From the NCBI GenBank assembly GCA_002269645.1, contig NIVC01001081.1, positions 248,001 to 312,000 on the forward strand: 64,000 nt of DNA, read 5' to 3'. This stretch comes from Macrostomum lignano. Taxonomy: Eukaryota. A model generated the notes under the pieces. It worked only from the letters and a program-made list of their open reading frames with translations, had not been told where the DNA came from and ran no database searches. Positions within the stretch are counted from its first letter, which is position 1; each line of letters starts with the position of its first letter. Of the stretch, positions 12,031 to 24,200 are shown piece by piece. Made by a program: the position numbers and the translations under genes.

Positions 12031-13331
12031 TGCTGCAGGATTGTCGGACTTTTATTAATCCCCCGATCCCCTGTGAGCCAGCTGATTGCAAACTGAGCAT
12101 ACAAACTGCACTGCCGCTGGGGGGCGCCTCATCCTTCCCTGCAGTATGCAGCGATGTCCGCGAACTGCAGTTTATGTTAACCAGGTGCGGCAGCAAGAGG
12201 ATCAGATGGTGGCAGCGGAGGGGATAAATAAGTTTTTAATTAAGGCCCACCGGTCCAGCCTCAATCATCGGGCCAAGAGTTTATTAAATATGCAGGGGCA
12301 AATATTAACTCCCCATCGAGTTTCACCCGCTCCATATATTATTATTTCCTTTCGCTTTAAAAATAAGCTCGACTCCTCCGCAGGCGAGCCGCAGGACAAA
12401 TACCAACACCCCCTGGCAATTAAGCCGCTAATGCCTTCCCTGCCCCCTCCTTCACGATGAAGAGGAAGGGCGGCCGCCGTGGGAAGAAAGGGGAGATGAG
12501 GAGGAGAAACGGCAGGCTGAAGACCCTCTGAAGACTGGTAGGGCCGGGGGTGCAGGGTGGGCACTTTTAATTAAGCCGCTGCAGTTCCCAAGCCATAGAT
12601 CCCAAATCCCCCCCCCAATTAACCCGGGCACCTTCGCTCTCCCCCTCAGCCTTGAGAGCAAAACCCATCGAACCAACCAACATCTCCCCCCCCCATTAAA
12701 AGCGCAGGTGAAATTTGGGGATTTTTCATTTAGTTTAGAATGGAAGTGGATGGAGCTAAATCGGAGACATTTTTATAGTTAACTGCAAGTTCCTCCTTAA
12801 TTTGAATGTGCAGATTCGCCTTGATTCGCCTTTTGTCTTACTTTTGTCCAGCAGCCTAAGCATAGATAGGAGGAACTAAGTCTTATAGATCTCAAATGGC
12901 ACCCCGTGAATTCTCAGAGATCCCAAATGGCACCCCATGATGAAGGATCAGAGATCACAAATGGCACCCCATGATGAAGGATCAGAGATCCCAAATGGCA
13001 CCCCATGATGAAGGATCAGAGATCCCAAATGGCACCCCATGATGAAGGATCAGAGATCACAAATGGCACCCCATGATGAAGGATCAGAGATCCCAAATGG
13101 CACCCCATGATGAAGGATCAGAGATCCCAAATGGCACCCCATGATGAAGGATCAGAGATCCCAAATGGCACCCCATGATGAAGGATCAGAGATCCCAAAT
13201 GGCACCCCATGATGAAGGATCAGAGATCCCAAATGGCACCCCATGATGAAGGATCAGAGATCCCAAACCACTCCACGACGGCTCAGAAATCCCAAATGGC
13301 ACCCCATGATGGATCAGAGATCCCAAACCAC
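12031..13331 (-). other. Inverted third copy (quasi-palindrome: arms 10812-12030 and 12113-13331, 82-bp spacer)
   Basis: 12113-13331 is the reverse complement of 10812-12030, and 12031-12112 is the reverse complement of 23037-23118. Confidence 0.95.
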
Positions 13332-13960
13332 ATTTTGCACAACTTCTGTTTTAATTTCGGTTGCTACAATTTATTTAGTTTTGCATGCTAGGATTATCTG
13401 ATATTCTTGATTTGATATTGATGGACTTACTAATAAGGATTGTTGGTTGTTGTTGCTGTCTAATTTTTAGTGGCAAAAAAATTCATAAATAAATTTCTAA
13501 GCAGGTAGCTCTAAAGCATAATCTTGGTTCGTCAACATCTTACGGGACTTATAAAAAATGGGCGCATTCAGCTTATGTGCAGCAAATTGTGTTTGGCCAA
13601 ATGGGTTACACACCGGTAACTAAGCGGGTTAAACACCGGTGACTAAGCGGGTTACACACCGGTAACTAAGCGGGTTACACACCGGTGACTAAGGGGGTTT
13701 AACACCGGTGACTAAGCGGGTTAAACACCGGTGACTAAGCGGGTTTAACACCGGTAACTAAGCGGTTTACACCTGTGACTAACTGGTTTACACCTGTTAC
13801 TAAAAGGTCTATGCATCAGTGGGGGGGGGGGGGGTAACTAAACAAGTTACACCCGGAAATGAAAGGATTACACCTGCGTCTAACCTTGTACCTTGAACAT
13901 TCCAATCGAAACAAATACGTATATTGCAATCTCAACGCTGTCCCATCTATCCAACAACAG

Positions 13961-14086
13961 TGGGCCCGGATTCTGCTGGTAGTGGAGCAGACCTTCACTC
14001 GGCAGGAGTGCCAGGCACACCAGGAGAGCTACTCCCAGCTGCTGCAAGACGGCCGTCGTGCTCTGGTAGTGCGCTGGAAAAGCGAG
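13961..14086 (+). pseudogene. Duplicated TRPV penultimate exon (orphan copy)
   Basis: Matches 4505-4630 with intact splice sites; the upstream TRPV exons are not part of the duplication. Confidence 0.8.
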
Positions 14087-14641
14087 GTGAGACTCTGATG
14101 ACATCTTGAGCACACGCTGCACACCCTTTTCAACAGGCATTGGAAACCCGAACTGACGTGGTCGCGTGAAAATCGCCACTGTACCGGCAAGCACACCCTT
14201 GCCCTTTGAACACCTGTGGGCCCAGGTACACCCAAGTTGACTGAATTTAGAGACACTCCGTGCCAGGTGCAAAGTTCAAATAATAAATAGAACCACGTAA
14301 CAAAATTATACCGCAAAAATTAATCAAAGTCTACGCTGACAATTGACAAAAAAGCTTATCAGCGATAGCAAATTACTTGCACGTGACTGCTTAAAATCTG
14401 ACTATACTGTTGCAAGTAGAGCAGTTGGGATGAGTGAAACATTTGAAAACAGACCCACCCGAAGGTTACTGCGATATCGAATTTCTCATCGCGGAGTGCG
14501 CTGGGTGGCAGATTTCAGTAATTGAAAGCCGATCTCCGGCCGGCAGTGATTGACGGCACGTGCTGCTCAGGCTTTGCTGGGGAGCTGCTAGAGAGATTAC
14601 CTGGATTAGCTAATCCCCAGAATCACCTCTGCTTGTTGCAG

Positions 14642-14827
14642 GACGACGAGAACAACAACTTGCTGGGCCGGAAGAGGCGCGTAGTTTCTGCCGAGCAGAA
14701 GATCGTGGAGGATCAGGAGCTCCGACGCGAGATGGAGACGTCGCTGATGAATCAGTCTGCTGCGACAAGCGGCGAGGAGCGAGCAGCCGCCACCGAGGCT
14801 GGGAGCAGCACACCGGTGCAGTGCTGA
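14642..14827 (+). pseudogene. Duplicated TRPV terminal exon (orphan copy)
   Basis: Matches 5186-5371, with its AATAAA also duplicated. Confidence 0.75.
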
Positions 14828-14989
14828 CTGCAATCGAAATCTTAGCAACTGGTCATTTGGACTGTAGAGCATAGTGAACTTTATTACTTCGTTTAAGTTG
14901 GACCTTTCAAGACAATAATGGTAACATTTTTTAATTCGAGAATAAAAATTTGGAAGTGTCTGGTATATTGTATTATAGAGAATCGACTC

Positions 14990-16065
14990 ACTCAACTCTC
15001 CTCTCTTCTACTATGCGCTACTCTCCCTAATCTAATCTACTCTCCCGACTCTACTCTCCCGAATCTACTCTCCTCTCCTCTTCTCTCCTCTACTATACTC
15101 TACTCTACTCTACTATCTCTACTCTCATTTCCTCTACTCTACTCTCCTCTTCTCTCCTCTACTATACTCTACTCTACTCTACTATCTCTACTCTCATTTC
15201 CTCTACTCTACTCTCCTCTACTCTCCTCTACTCTCTTCTCCTCTCCTCTCCTCTCATCTACACTACTTCTCCTCTAATCTACTCTTGTCTACACTACTCT
15301 ACTCTCCTCTCCTCTCGTCTACTCACCTCTACACTACACTACACTACTCTACTCTACTCTACTCTACTATCTCTACTCTCATTTCCTCTACTCTACTCTC
15401 CTCTACTCTCCTCTACTCTCTTCTCCTCTCCTCTACTATCTCTACTCTCATTTCCTCTACTCTACTCTCCTCTACTCTCCTCTACTCTCTTCTCCTCTCC
15501 TCTCCTCTCATCTACACTACTTCTCCTCTAATCTACTCTTGTCTACACTACTCTACTCTCCTCTCCTCTCGTCTACTCACCTCTACACTACACTACACTA
15601 CTCTACTCTACTCTACTCTACTCTCCTCTACTCTACTCTACTCTGCTCTACTCTCCCCAACACTATTCTACTCTCCCTAATCTACTCTCCTCTACTCTAC
15701 TCTACTCTCCTCTACTCTCCTCTCCTCTCCTCTACTCTACTCTCCACTACTCTCCTCTACTCTACTCTACACTACTCTCCTCTCCTCTCCTCTCCTCTTC
15801 TCTACTCTACTCTCCTCTACTCTACTCTACACTACTCTACTCTCCACTACTCTACTCTACTCTACTCTACTCTACTCTACTCTACTCTACTCTACTCTAC
15901 TCTACTCTACTCTCCACTACTCTACTCTACTCTACTCTACTCTACTCTACTCTACTCTACTCTACTCTACTCTACTCTACTCTACTCTACTCTACTCTAC
16001 TCTACTCTATTCTACTCTACTCTACTATTATTCTCCTCCTCTCCTCTCTTTTCTTCTCCTCTATA
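14990..16065 (+). repeat. (CTACT)n pentamer satellite, copy 2 (longer)
   Basis: Same array with an extra block of about 250 bp. Confidence 0.93.
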
Positions 16066-17959
16066 TTAGTCTTGGGCACAGCAGCATTCAGCAAATAAAA
16101 TTGCTTGCCTTCAACTGGAAACAATTGACGAAAAGCAACTGAGCCGGTACAGAAAACTGGATATTTGAAAAACTAGATACTATCGCTATATTCAGCGGAT
16201 CCGATCAGCTTGGCTGCGACTCAAGATCAAAGGACTCAATCGGCAGTTTATTGTATCAGTTAGTTCGTCCCGCTACTCATGCAGCGAGCATTCAAATAAA
16301 ACATTTTTTTGCTTGCTCACAAATTCTTTTTGTTGAATTTTTTGTTACAAAATATAAAAAGGACTAAGCCGTTATTTGTTTGCCCACTTTGCATACGGGA
16401 CTGAACTATGTATCCATTGGCAGTACAAGATTCCATAAATTTATGAGCCTATCCTATAGGAAGCGCTCCCATATCCTACAGATTAAAAAACTTGCTCAAC
16501 GAGTTTGGGCTGCTTTTTGCATTCGAGTCCACCCAGGCATTGACCCCCCCCCCCCTCAATTCTCTCATCGAAGCTCTCGCTGAAATGTTTTCTTTAAAAA
16601 AGCTAAGCAAGCCGCATTGAGAATGCACTCAGCAATTCCCATTGTGCTTGGAGAGGATGCAGAAATTTGCAGGGCGCCGCGACACGCATGGGGTCCGTCT
16701 GTGTCTGTACAGGCGCTTTGAGTTGAGTTTGAAAATACCCCCCCCCCCCCCGACCGCTTGGAGACTTCTCATGCGAGACTTTGCTGCAGTCTCCCGTCGG
16801 CATGTGTTCTTCACCTGCAGGAGGCTGGCGGGGCTGGCGGGGCTTCACACCTGACTGCCTGGCAATCCATGGAGCTCCAGTGAGGTGGAACAGCTTCCAG
16901 CAGCCAACGCAGCCTCATCATTGTTATTGTGCTGCAGGCCCACACGCTGGGACCTGGGCAGCTGGCACTGCAAGCAGTGTTGCCAACGCGAGTTCTACTG
17001 TGCTGGATTACGTGCTCAAGGCCGCCCGCTGATAGTTTATGTCGATGCTCACAATCTAAGCATAGTTTGCAGACTGAGACTGGCATTGTTGCCTATTTCC
17101 ACGTCCCCTGCATTGCATCAGCGTCCTGAGCAGAGCCTTTGTTTGAGCTACCACTGGGATTTATGAATTTTCTTGCTACCAGATGCAGTCTCGATGGTAG
17201 ATTAATCGGAGTTAATTCAGTCAAATATGTCATACTTTTTTAAAGTAGATATTCTGAAATAATAGGACTTCAATAATTAAGACGCAAATATTTATCATAT
17301 GCACACTCGTTCTACTTAGCTAAGTAGGCAACAAGAATGTCAGCTCGCATTGAAGATTATCAACTGCTCATTAAAGTTAGCCAAACGCAATAGCAGGGGA
17401 TTCCCCATTCAGTTCAGGCCACAACATTACCGCCTGGAAAACATTCTCTCTCTTGCCCCGGCCCCCTTCCAATGTACATGCAGATTCAGCGGCGGCCTGG
17501 GGTTGGCTCGCTGCCCCTTGCCCAATTTGAGTGAATCACTCATGACAGTAAAGAAAATTGGTTGGGGAGTCGGGGTTGGCTGTCGGTGGGGTGGGGCTCA
17601 GCCCGGGAATGGGGGAGGGTGGCTGCACGCTCGCTTATCGAGAGAGGCGTGCGCGCTGGCTGGACAATTTTTGTTTATGCACTCCGCGTGTATACACTGC
17701 CCGCGTTGCACACACCAACGCTCCAGGAGAATATAAAGGGCTTGTCGGGGACACCGGACCAGCGACTAGAGAAGACAGCGAGCTAAGACTTATCTGTTCT
17801 GTTTTGTTTATCGGAATTGGCTGAAGAGCCCCCCTCCGGGTTTGATCGCTTGATATAGATTAGCTGAGAATTACACAAGCCAGCCAGACCCAATTTAGCG
17901 AGACCAATTTAATCCGTCTGGTTCCTGCGATTTATCTAATTATAAAATTTTAATTAAAA

Positions 17960-18116
17960 ATGCTGTCTCACGCGCACTACCGACTGGCGGACACAGCAGC
18001 TCCCGCTATGCAGCCCGAGAATGGCACTGCTGCCGCCACAGAGCTGGACGAATTCGGCGGTGGCCTCAACGGAGCCGGTGGTGGCGGCATGACAGATCCC
18101 GGACCTGCGAATGGGC
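17960..18116 (+). CDS. LMO4: LMO4-like LIM-only protein, exon 1
   Basis: ATG..GGG C|gtaagt, phase 1. C+GC gives Arg and joins in frame to the exon at 26282. Confidence 0.7.
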
Positions 18117-18264
18117 GTAAGTTTTATGCTGAACTATTTACAGTTTATATTGAATCTGAAAATCTCAGCTAGAGTAGAGAAGCTGGGAATCTACCGTTTT
18201 TGTCCAACAACTTTTCTCGCTTACTCATAGTCATACTGAAGTGCTTGTACTCATGCCCTTCTGC

Positions 18265-19535
18265 TCACCCACAGTGTCTGAACTTCTTTCAATAATCGTT
18301 CAGTAAGTTCACCGTGTCTGACCCCCTTCCAGTTCACTGTTCACCCACAGTGTCTGACCCCCTTCCAGTTAGTTCACTGTACTGTTCACCCACAATGTCT
18401 GACCTCTTTCCAGTTCACCCATAGTGTCTGACCCCCTTCCAGTTCACCCATACTTCTGACCCCCCCTTTCCAATTCACCCAGTGTCTGAACCCCTTCTGT
18501 TCACCCATTGTCTGACCCCCTTCTGTTCACCCAGTGTCTGACCCCCTTCTGTTCACCCAGTGTCTGACCCCCTTCTGTTCACCCATTGTCTGACCCCCTT
18601 CTGTTCACACAGTGCCTGACCCCCTTCTGTTCACCCAGTGTCTGACCCCCCTTCTGTTCACCCAGTGTCTGACCCCCCTTCTGTTCACCCAGTGTCTGAC
18701 CCCCTTCCAGTTCACCCATAGTTCTGACCCCCCTTTCCAATTCACCCAGTGTCTGAACCCCTTCTGTTCACCCATTGTCTGACCCCCTTCTGTTCACCCA
18801 GTGTCTGACCCCCTTCTGTTCACCCAGTGTCTGACCCCCTTCTGTTCACCCAGTGTCTGACCCCCTTCTGTTCACCCATTGTCTGACCCCCTTCTGTTCA
18901 CCCAGTGTCTGACCGGACTGACCCCCTTCTGTTCACCCAGTGTCTGACCCCCTTCTGTTCACCCAGTGTCTGACCCCCTTCTGTTCACACAGTGCCTGAC
19001 CCCCTTCTGTTCACCCAGTGTCTGACCCCCTTCTGTTCACCCAGTGTCTGACCCCCTTCTGTTCACCCAGTGTCTGACCGGACTGACCCCCTTCTGTTCA
19101 CCCAGTGTCTGACCCCCTTCTGTTCACCCAGTGTCTGACCCCCTTCTGTTCACACAGTGCCTGACCCCCTTCTGTTCACCTAGTGTCTGACCCCCTTCTG
19201 TTCACCCAGTGTCTGACCGGACTGACCCCCTTCTGTTCACCCAGTGTCTGACCCCCTTCTGTTCACCCAGTGTCTGACCCCCTTCTGTTCACACAGTGCC
19301 TGACCCCCTTCTGTTCACCTAGTGTCTGACCCCCCTTCTGTTCACCCAGTGTCTGACCCCCTTCTGTTCACCCATTGTCTGACCCCCTTCTGTTCACCCA
19401 GTGTCTGACCCCCTTCTGTTCACCCAGTGTCTGACCGGACTGACCCCCTTCTGTTCACCCAGTGTCTGACCCCCTTCTGTTCACCCAGTGTCTGACCCCC
19501 CTTCTGTTCACCCAGTGCCTGACCCCCTTGGCCAG
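18265..19535 (+). repeat. ~24-bp minisatellite, copy 2 (expanded)
   Basis: Same unit, more than twice as long as copy 1. Confidence 0.92.
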
Positions 19536-20114
19536 GTCTGATTCATAGATTTTGTCAGCAAAATTCAAATGAGATGTGTGCTAAATAACAATAGAATTTA
19601 TGCTTCACAAGGCAATTTGCTTGTTTTAATGCCATGCATATTGCATTATGTTCTGTCCAGGGCCCCAGACCTTCATTGGCCATAACTATGGCAATAAATT
19701 CAGTAAATAATATACTTATGTTTTGTATATACCAACTTAATTTGCAAAATTTATATAAAACAGACCCTTGTGGCAGTAAAGCAGGTATATATTTATAGTT
19801 TTGCTTTCATGAATAATTGTGGCTAGCTGAGGTGGGTGAACCAGTGAGGCATGACTTGTAATCTGGTGGTATCAATAGTATGAATCATTTTGACTATTGC
19901 AAATGCAAATTATGCAAAATCTTTCTTTACTATGCACTATGCTGTGCCTGTGCCCAGTCCACTGCTGGGCGGATCACTTCTGACTGGATGGGGGGGTCAT
20001 AAATCTACTTTTTATCTCACGGAGCAATAAATCTGCTAGTGTCCAATGAGTGCGCCTATGCTAGCACCCTGCTGGCGCCCTCACCTGGCGCCCCTCATAT
20101 TTCCTAGCACTCTG

Positions 20115-21222
20115 GCGTCCCGCATATCGCCTGTTGGCGTCCCTCACATCCCCTGTTGGCGTCCCTCACATCCCCTGTTGGCGTCCCTCACATCCCCTGT
20201 TGGCGTCCCTCATATCCCCTGTTGGCGTCCCTCATATCCCCTGTTGGCGTCCCTCACATCCCCTGTTGGCGTCCCTCATATCCCCTGTTGGCGTCCCTCA
20301 CATCCCCTGTTGGCGTCCCTCATATCCCCTGTTGGCGTCCCTCATATTCCCTGTTGGCGCCCCTCTCATCCCCTGTTGGCGCCCCTCATCCCCTGTTGGC
20401 GTCCCTCATATCCCCTGTTGGCGTCCCTCATATCCCTTGTTGGCGCCCCTCTCATCCCCTGTTGGCGCCCCTCATCCCCTGTTGGCGTCCCTCACATCCC
20501 CTGTTGGCGCCCCTCTCATCCCCTGTTGGCGCCCCTCATCCCCTGTTGGCGTCCCTCATATCCCCTGTTGGCGTCCCTCATATCCCCTGTTGGCGTCCCT
20601 CACATCCCCTGTTGGCGTCCCTCATATCCCCTGTTGGCGCCCCTCATCCCCTGTTGGCGTCCCTCATATCCCCTGTTGGCGCCCCTCTCATCCCCTGTTG
20701 GCGCCCCTCTCATCCCCTGTTGGCGTCCCTCACATCCCCTGTTGGCGCCCCTCTCATCCCCTGTTGGCGTCCCTCATATCCCCTGTTGGCGCCCCTCATC
20801 CCCTGTTGGCGTCCCTCATATCCCCTGTTGGCGCCCCTCTCATCCCCTGTTGGCGTCCCTCTCATCCCCTGTTGGCGTCCCTCACATCCCCTGTTGGCGC
20901 CCCTCTCATCCCCTGTTGGCGTCCCTCATATCCCCTGTTGGCGCCCCTCATCCCCTGTTGGCGTCCCTCATATCCCCTGTTGGCGCCCTCTCATCCCCTG
21001 TTGGCGTCCCTCATATCCCCTGTTGGCGCCCCTCATCCCCTGTTGGCGCCCCTCATCCCCTGTTGGCGTCCCTCATATCCCCTGTTGGCGCCCCTCTCAT
21101 CCCCTGTTGGCGCCCCTCTCATCCCCTGTTGGCGCCCCTCTCATCCCCTGTTGGCGCCCCTCATCCCCTGTTGGCGTCTCTCTCATCCCCTGTTGGCGTC
21201 TCTCTCATCCCCTGTTGGCGTC
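20115..21222 (+). repeat. ~22-bp minisatellite, copy 2 (expanded)
   Basis: Same unit, about twice as long as copy 1. Confidence 0.92.
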
Positions 21223-24200
21223 TCAAAAAGTAAAAGAAAAAAGTAAATAAAAACAAGGTAATGTTTGTTCTCTCATACATCTCATTTGGCCGAGGGAAAT
21301 TTGACAAATGACAAAATTTCAACGCGATCTGATCATGCGGTCAGCCCGGTATGTGATGCCCATGCCCGCACTGATGGTTATTGAGTTAGCAGACCCGCAG
21401 CCCTCCTGCGATATTTGATCGATTGTAGCAATCAAATATCGAGACAATGGGGTCTGCCCAGCCTCTTATTGGCTTCCCCATCTCCGCCATATGATTGTCC
21501 TCCCCGTTTTTTTTCATGATTGATGCATTTTGCATATTGAATACGTGAGATATTGAGCGCTGGGTTCAGCTGGGCCTGTCTTAACTCAGAGTTGTTCGAG
21601 TCAGACACGGGAAATCCGAAGTGATTAATCGATTAAATTGTCAATTGAGTCGCTTCTGTGGGAATCGCCGGGACAGAATCACATTTATCTCCCATTTTTG
21701 GTTGTAACTGCATGGATTAAAATGAGCGAATCGATGAATACTTTGGCATTTTCACTTGGGGATCTGAGTCTTCCTGGGGACCGGGGTGCCATTTGGGATT
21801 TCTGAGCCGTCGTGGAGTGGTTTGGGATCTCTGATCCATCATGGGGTGCCATTTGGGATTTCTGAGCCGTCGTGGAGTGGTTTGGGATCTCTGATCCTTC
21901 ATCATGGGGTGCCATTTGGGATCTCTGATCCTTCATCATGGGGTGCCATTTGGGATCTCTGATCCTTCATCATGGGGTGCCATTTGGGATCTCTGATCCT
22001 TCATCATGGGGTGCCATTTGGGATCTCTGATCCTTCATCATGGGGTGCCATTTGGGATCTCTGATCCTTCATCATGGGGTGCCATTTGTGATCTCTGATC
22101 CTTCATCATGGGGTGCCATTTGGGATCTCTGATCCTTCATCATGGGGTGCCATTTGGGATCTCTGATCCTTCATCATGGGGTGCCATTTGTGATCTCTGA
22201 TCCTTCATCATGGGGTGCCATTTGGGATCTCTGAGAATTCACGGGGTGCCATTTGAGATCTATAAGACTTAGTTCCTCCTATCTATGCTTAGGCTGCTGG
22301 ACAAAAGTAAGACAAAAGGCGAATCAAGGCGAATCTGCACATTCAAATTAAGGAGGAACTTGCAGTTAACTATAAAAATGTCTCCGATTTAGCTCCATCC
22401 ACTTCCATTCTAAACTAAATGAAAAATCCCCAAATTTCACCTGCGCTTTTAATGGGGGGGGGAGATGTTGGTTGGTTCGATGGGTTTTGCTCTCAAGGCT
22501 GAGGGGGAGAGCGAAGGTGCCCGGGTTAATTGGGGGGGGGATTTGGGATCTATGGCTTGGGAACTGCAGCGGCTTAATTAAAAGTGCCCACCCCTGCACC
22601 CCCGGCCCTACCAGTCTTCAGAGGGTCTTCAGCCTGCCGTTTCTCCTCCTCATCTCCCCTTTCTTCCCCACGGCGGCCGCCCTTCCTCTTCATCGTGAAG
22701 GAGGGGGCAGGGAAGGCATTAGCGGCTTAATTGCCAGGGGTGTTGGTATTTGTCCTGCGGCTCGCCTGCGGAGGAGTCGAGCTTATTTTTAAAGCGAAAG
22801 GAAATAATAATATATGGAGCGGGTGAAACTCGATGGGGAGTTAATATTTGCCCCTGCATATTTAATAAACTCTTGGCCCGATGATTGAGGCTGGACCGGT
22901 GGGCCTTAATTAAAAACTTATTTATCCCCTCCGCTGCCACCATCTGATCCTCTTGCTGCCGCACCTGGTTAACATAAACTGCAGTTCGCGGACATCGCTG
23001 CATACTGCAGGGAAGGATGAGGCGCCCCCCAGCGGCAGTGCAGTTTGTATGCTCAGTTTGCAATCAGCTGGCTCACAGGGGATCGGGGGATTAATAAAAG
23101 TCCGACAATCCTGCAGCAGCCGCTGGGGATTTGCAGATGATTCTGAATTTCTGAGTATAGCGATCACTTGCATGTACAAAATTCGTTTATTATCGGATTA
23201 GCAATAGCGCTGGGATTTCGGCTATGGGATTCCCGCGGCGTGCATGTTTTAATGCTTCATTTGAGGCTGGCTGTATAGAAAGTATTAAAAATGAAAAGGT
23301 AATATAGGGATTATACCTGGTAATTCTATCAACTACAGCCATGCCCTGACTAGCAGGCCTGTCTGCTTGCATGCAGCATGTTTAAGAAGAAGAAGAAGCG
23401 TGCTGCAGCTGAAGCGGGAGCCCACAGCCGGCCATAATTCAGAACTGGGCCAGACGGAGGCTGAATTTATCGATTGCAGGTTGCAATTTAAACTTTTGCG
23501 CACAAGACGGACCGGTGTAGACTTGGAAATTTAAGGCAAATTTGCCCTGCGCAAATGGCTGCGGCGGCGCTTCTCCCGCAAGGCCAAATCCCCAAAGAAG
23601 AAAATCAGCTGAGAGCACAGGATGCCCTGTAGTCTAGCTGGCTTGCCAGGTAACTAAATTAAGAATTATGCAATGAATGATGTTAAGCTGAAAAGAACAG
23701 TCAACAATGGCGAAAAGCGAAAATTGCCTCCTACAGTTGCCACTCTCAGGCCAGCGCAGGCGCAGGCAGCGGTTAACAAGTTAACAACTAGCAGCAGCGG
23801 GTGCTGAAGCAATTATTGGCCCAATTTGCTGCTGCTTTTCGCCACCAAGGCAAACAAAAACGCAAGCGGACTCGTGGGGGGGGGGCAGGCAGGCAAAGCA
23901 GGCCAGTCGCAGAAAGAAGCTGCGTGCATTGGATTAGGAGCTTAGGGATAAGGTAGGGCAGCTATTTTCTAAGTCCTGAATACGATGGGAGCCCTGCCCC
24001 CTTAGCTGGACCCGTTTCCCTTTCCAATAACCAATCCAACCAAACCAATGAATTGAGAGCGCTGAGCTGACTGACGACTGCTTGCTGGACTGGATTTGCA
24101 GGGTGGGGTCTTGAAGGAGGGTGGCTGGGGTCGCCATTTAATTGCGATTTGACCAGTTTGTTTACCCGACTTGGTCTTGGGGGGTGGCTTTGGTTCGCCT

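Larger units (their letters stand above)
13333..23036 (+). other. Segmental duplication, copy 2 (continues into unique sequence)
   Basis: Begins ttttgcacaacttctg, equal to 3883; minisatellite arrays are longer than in copy 1. Confidence 0.95.
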
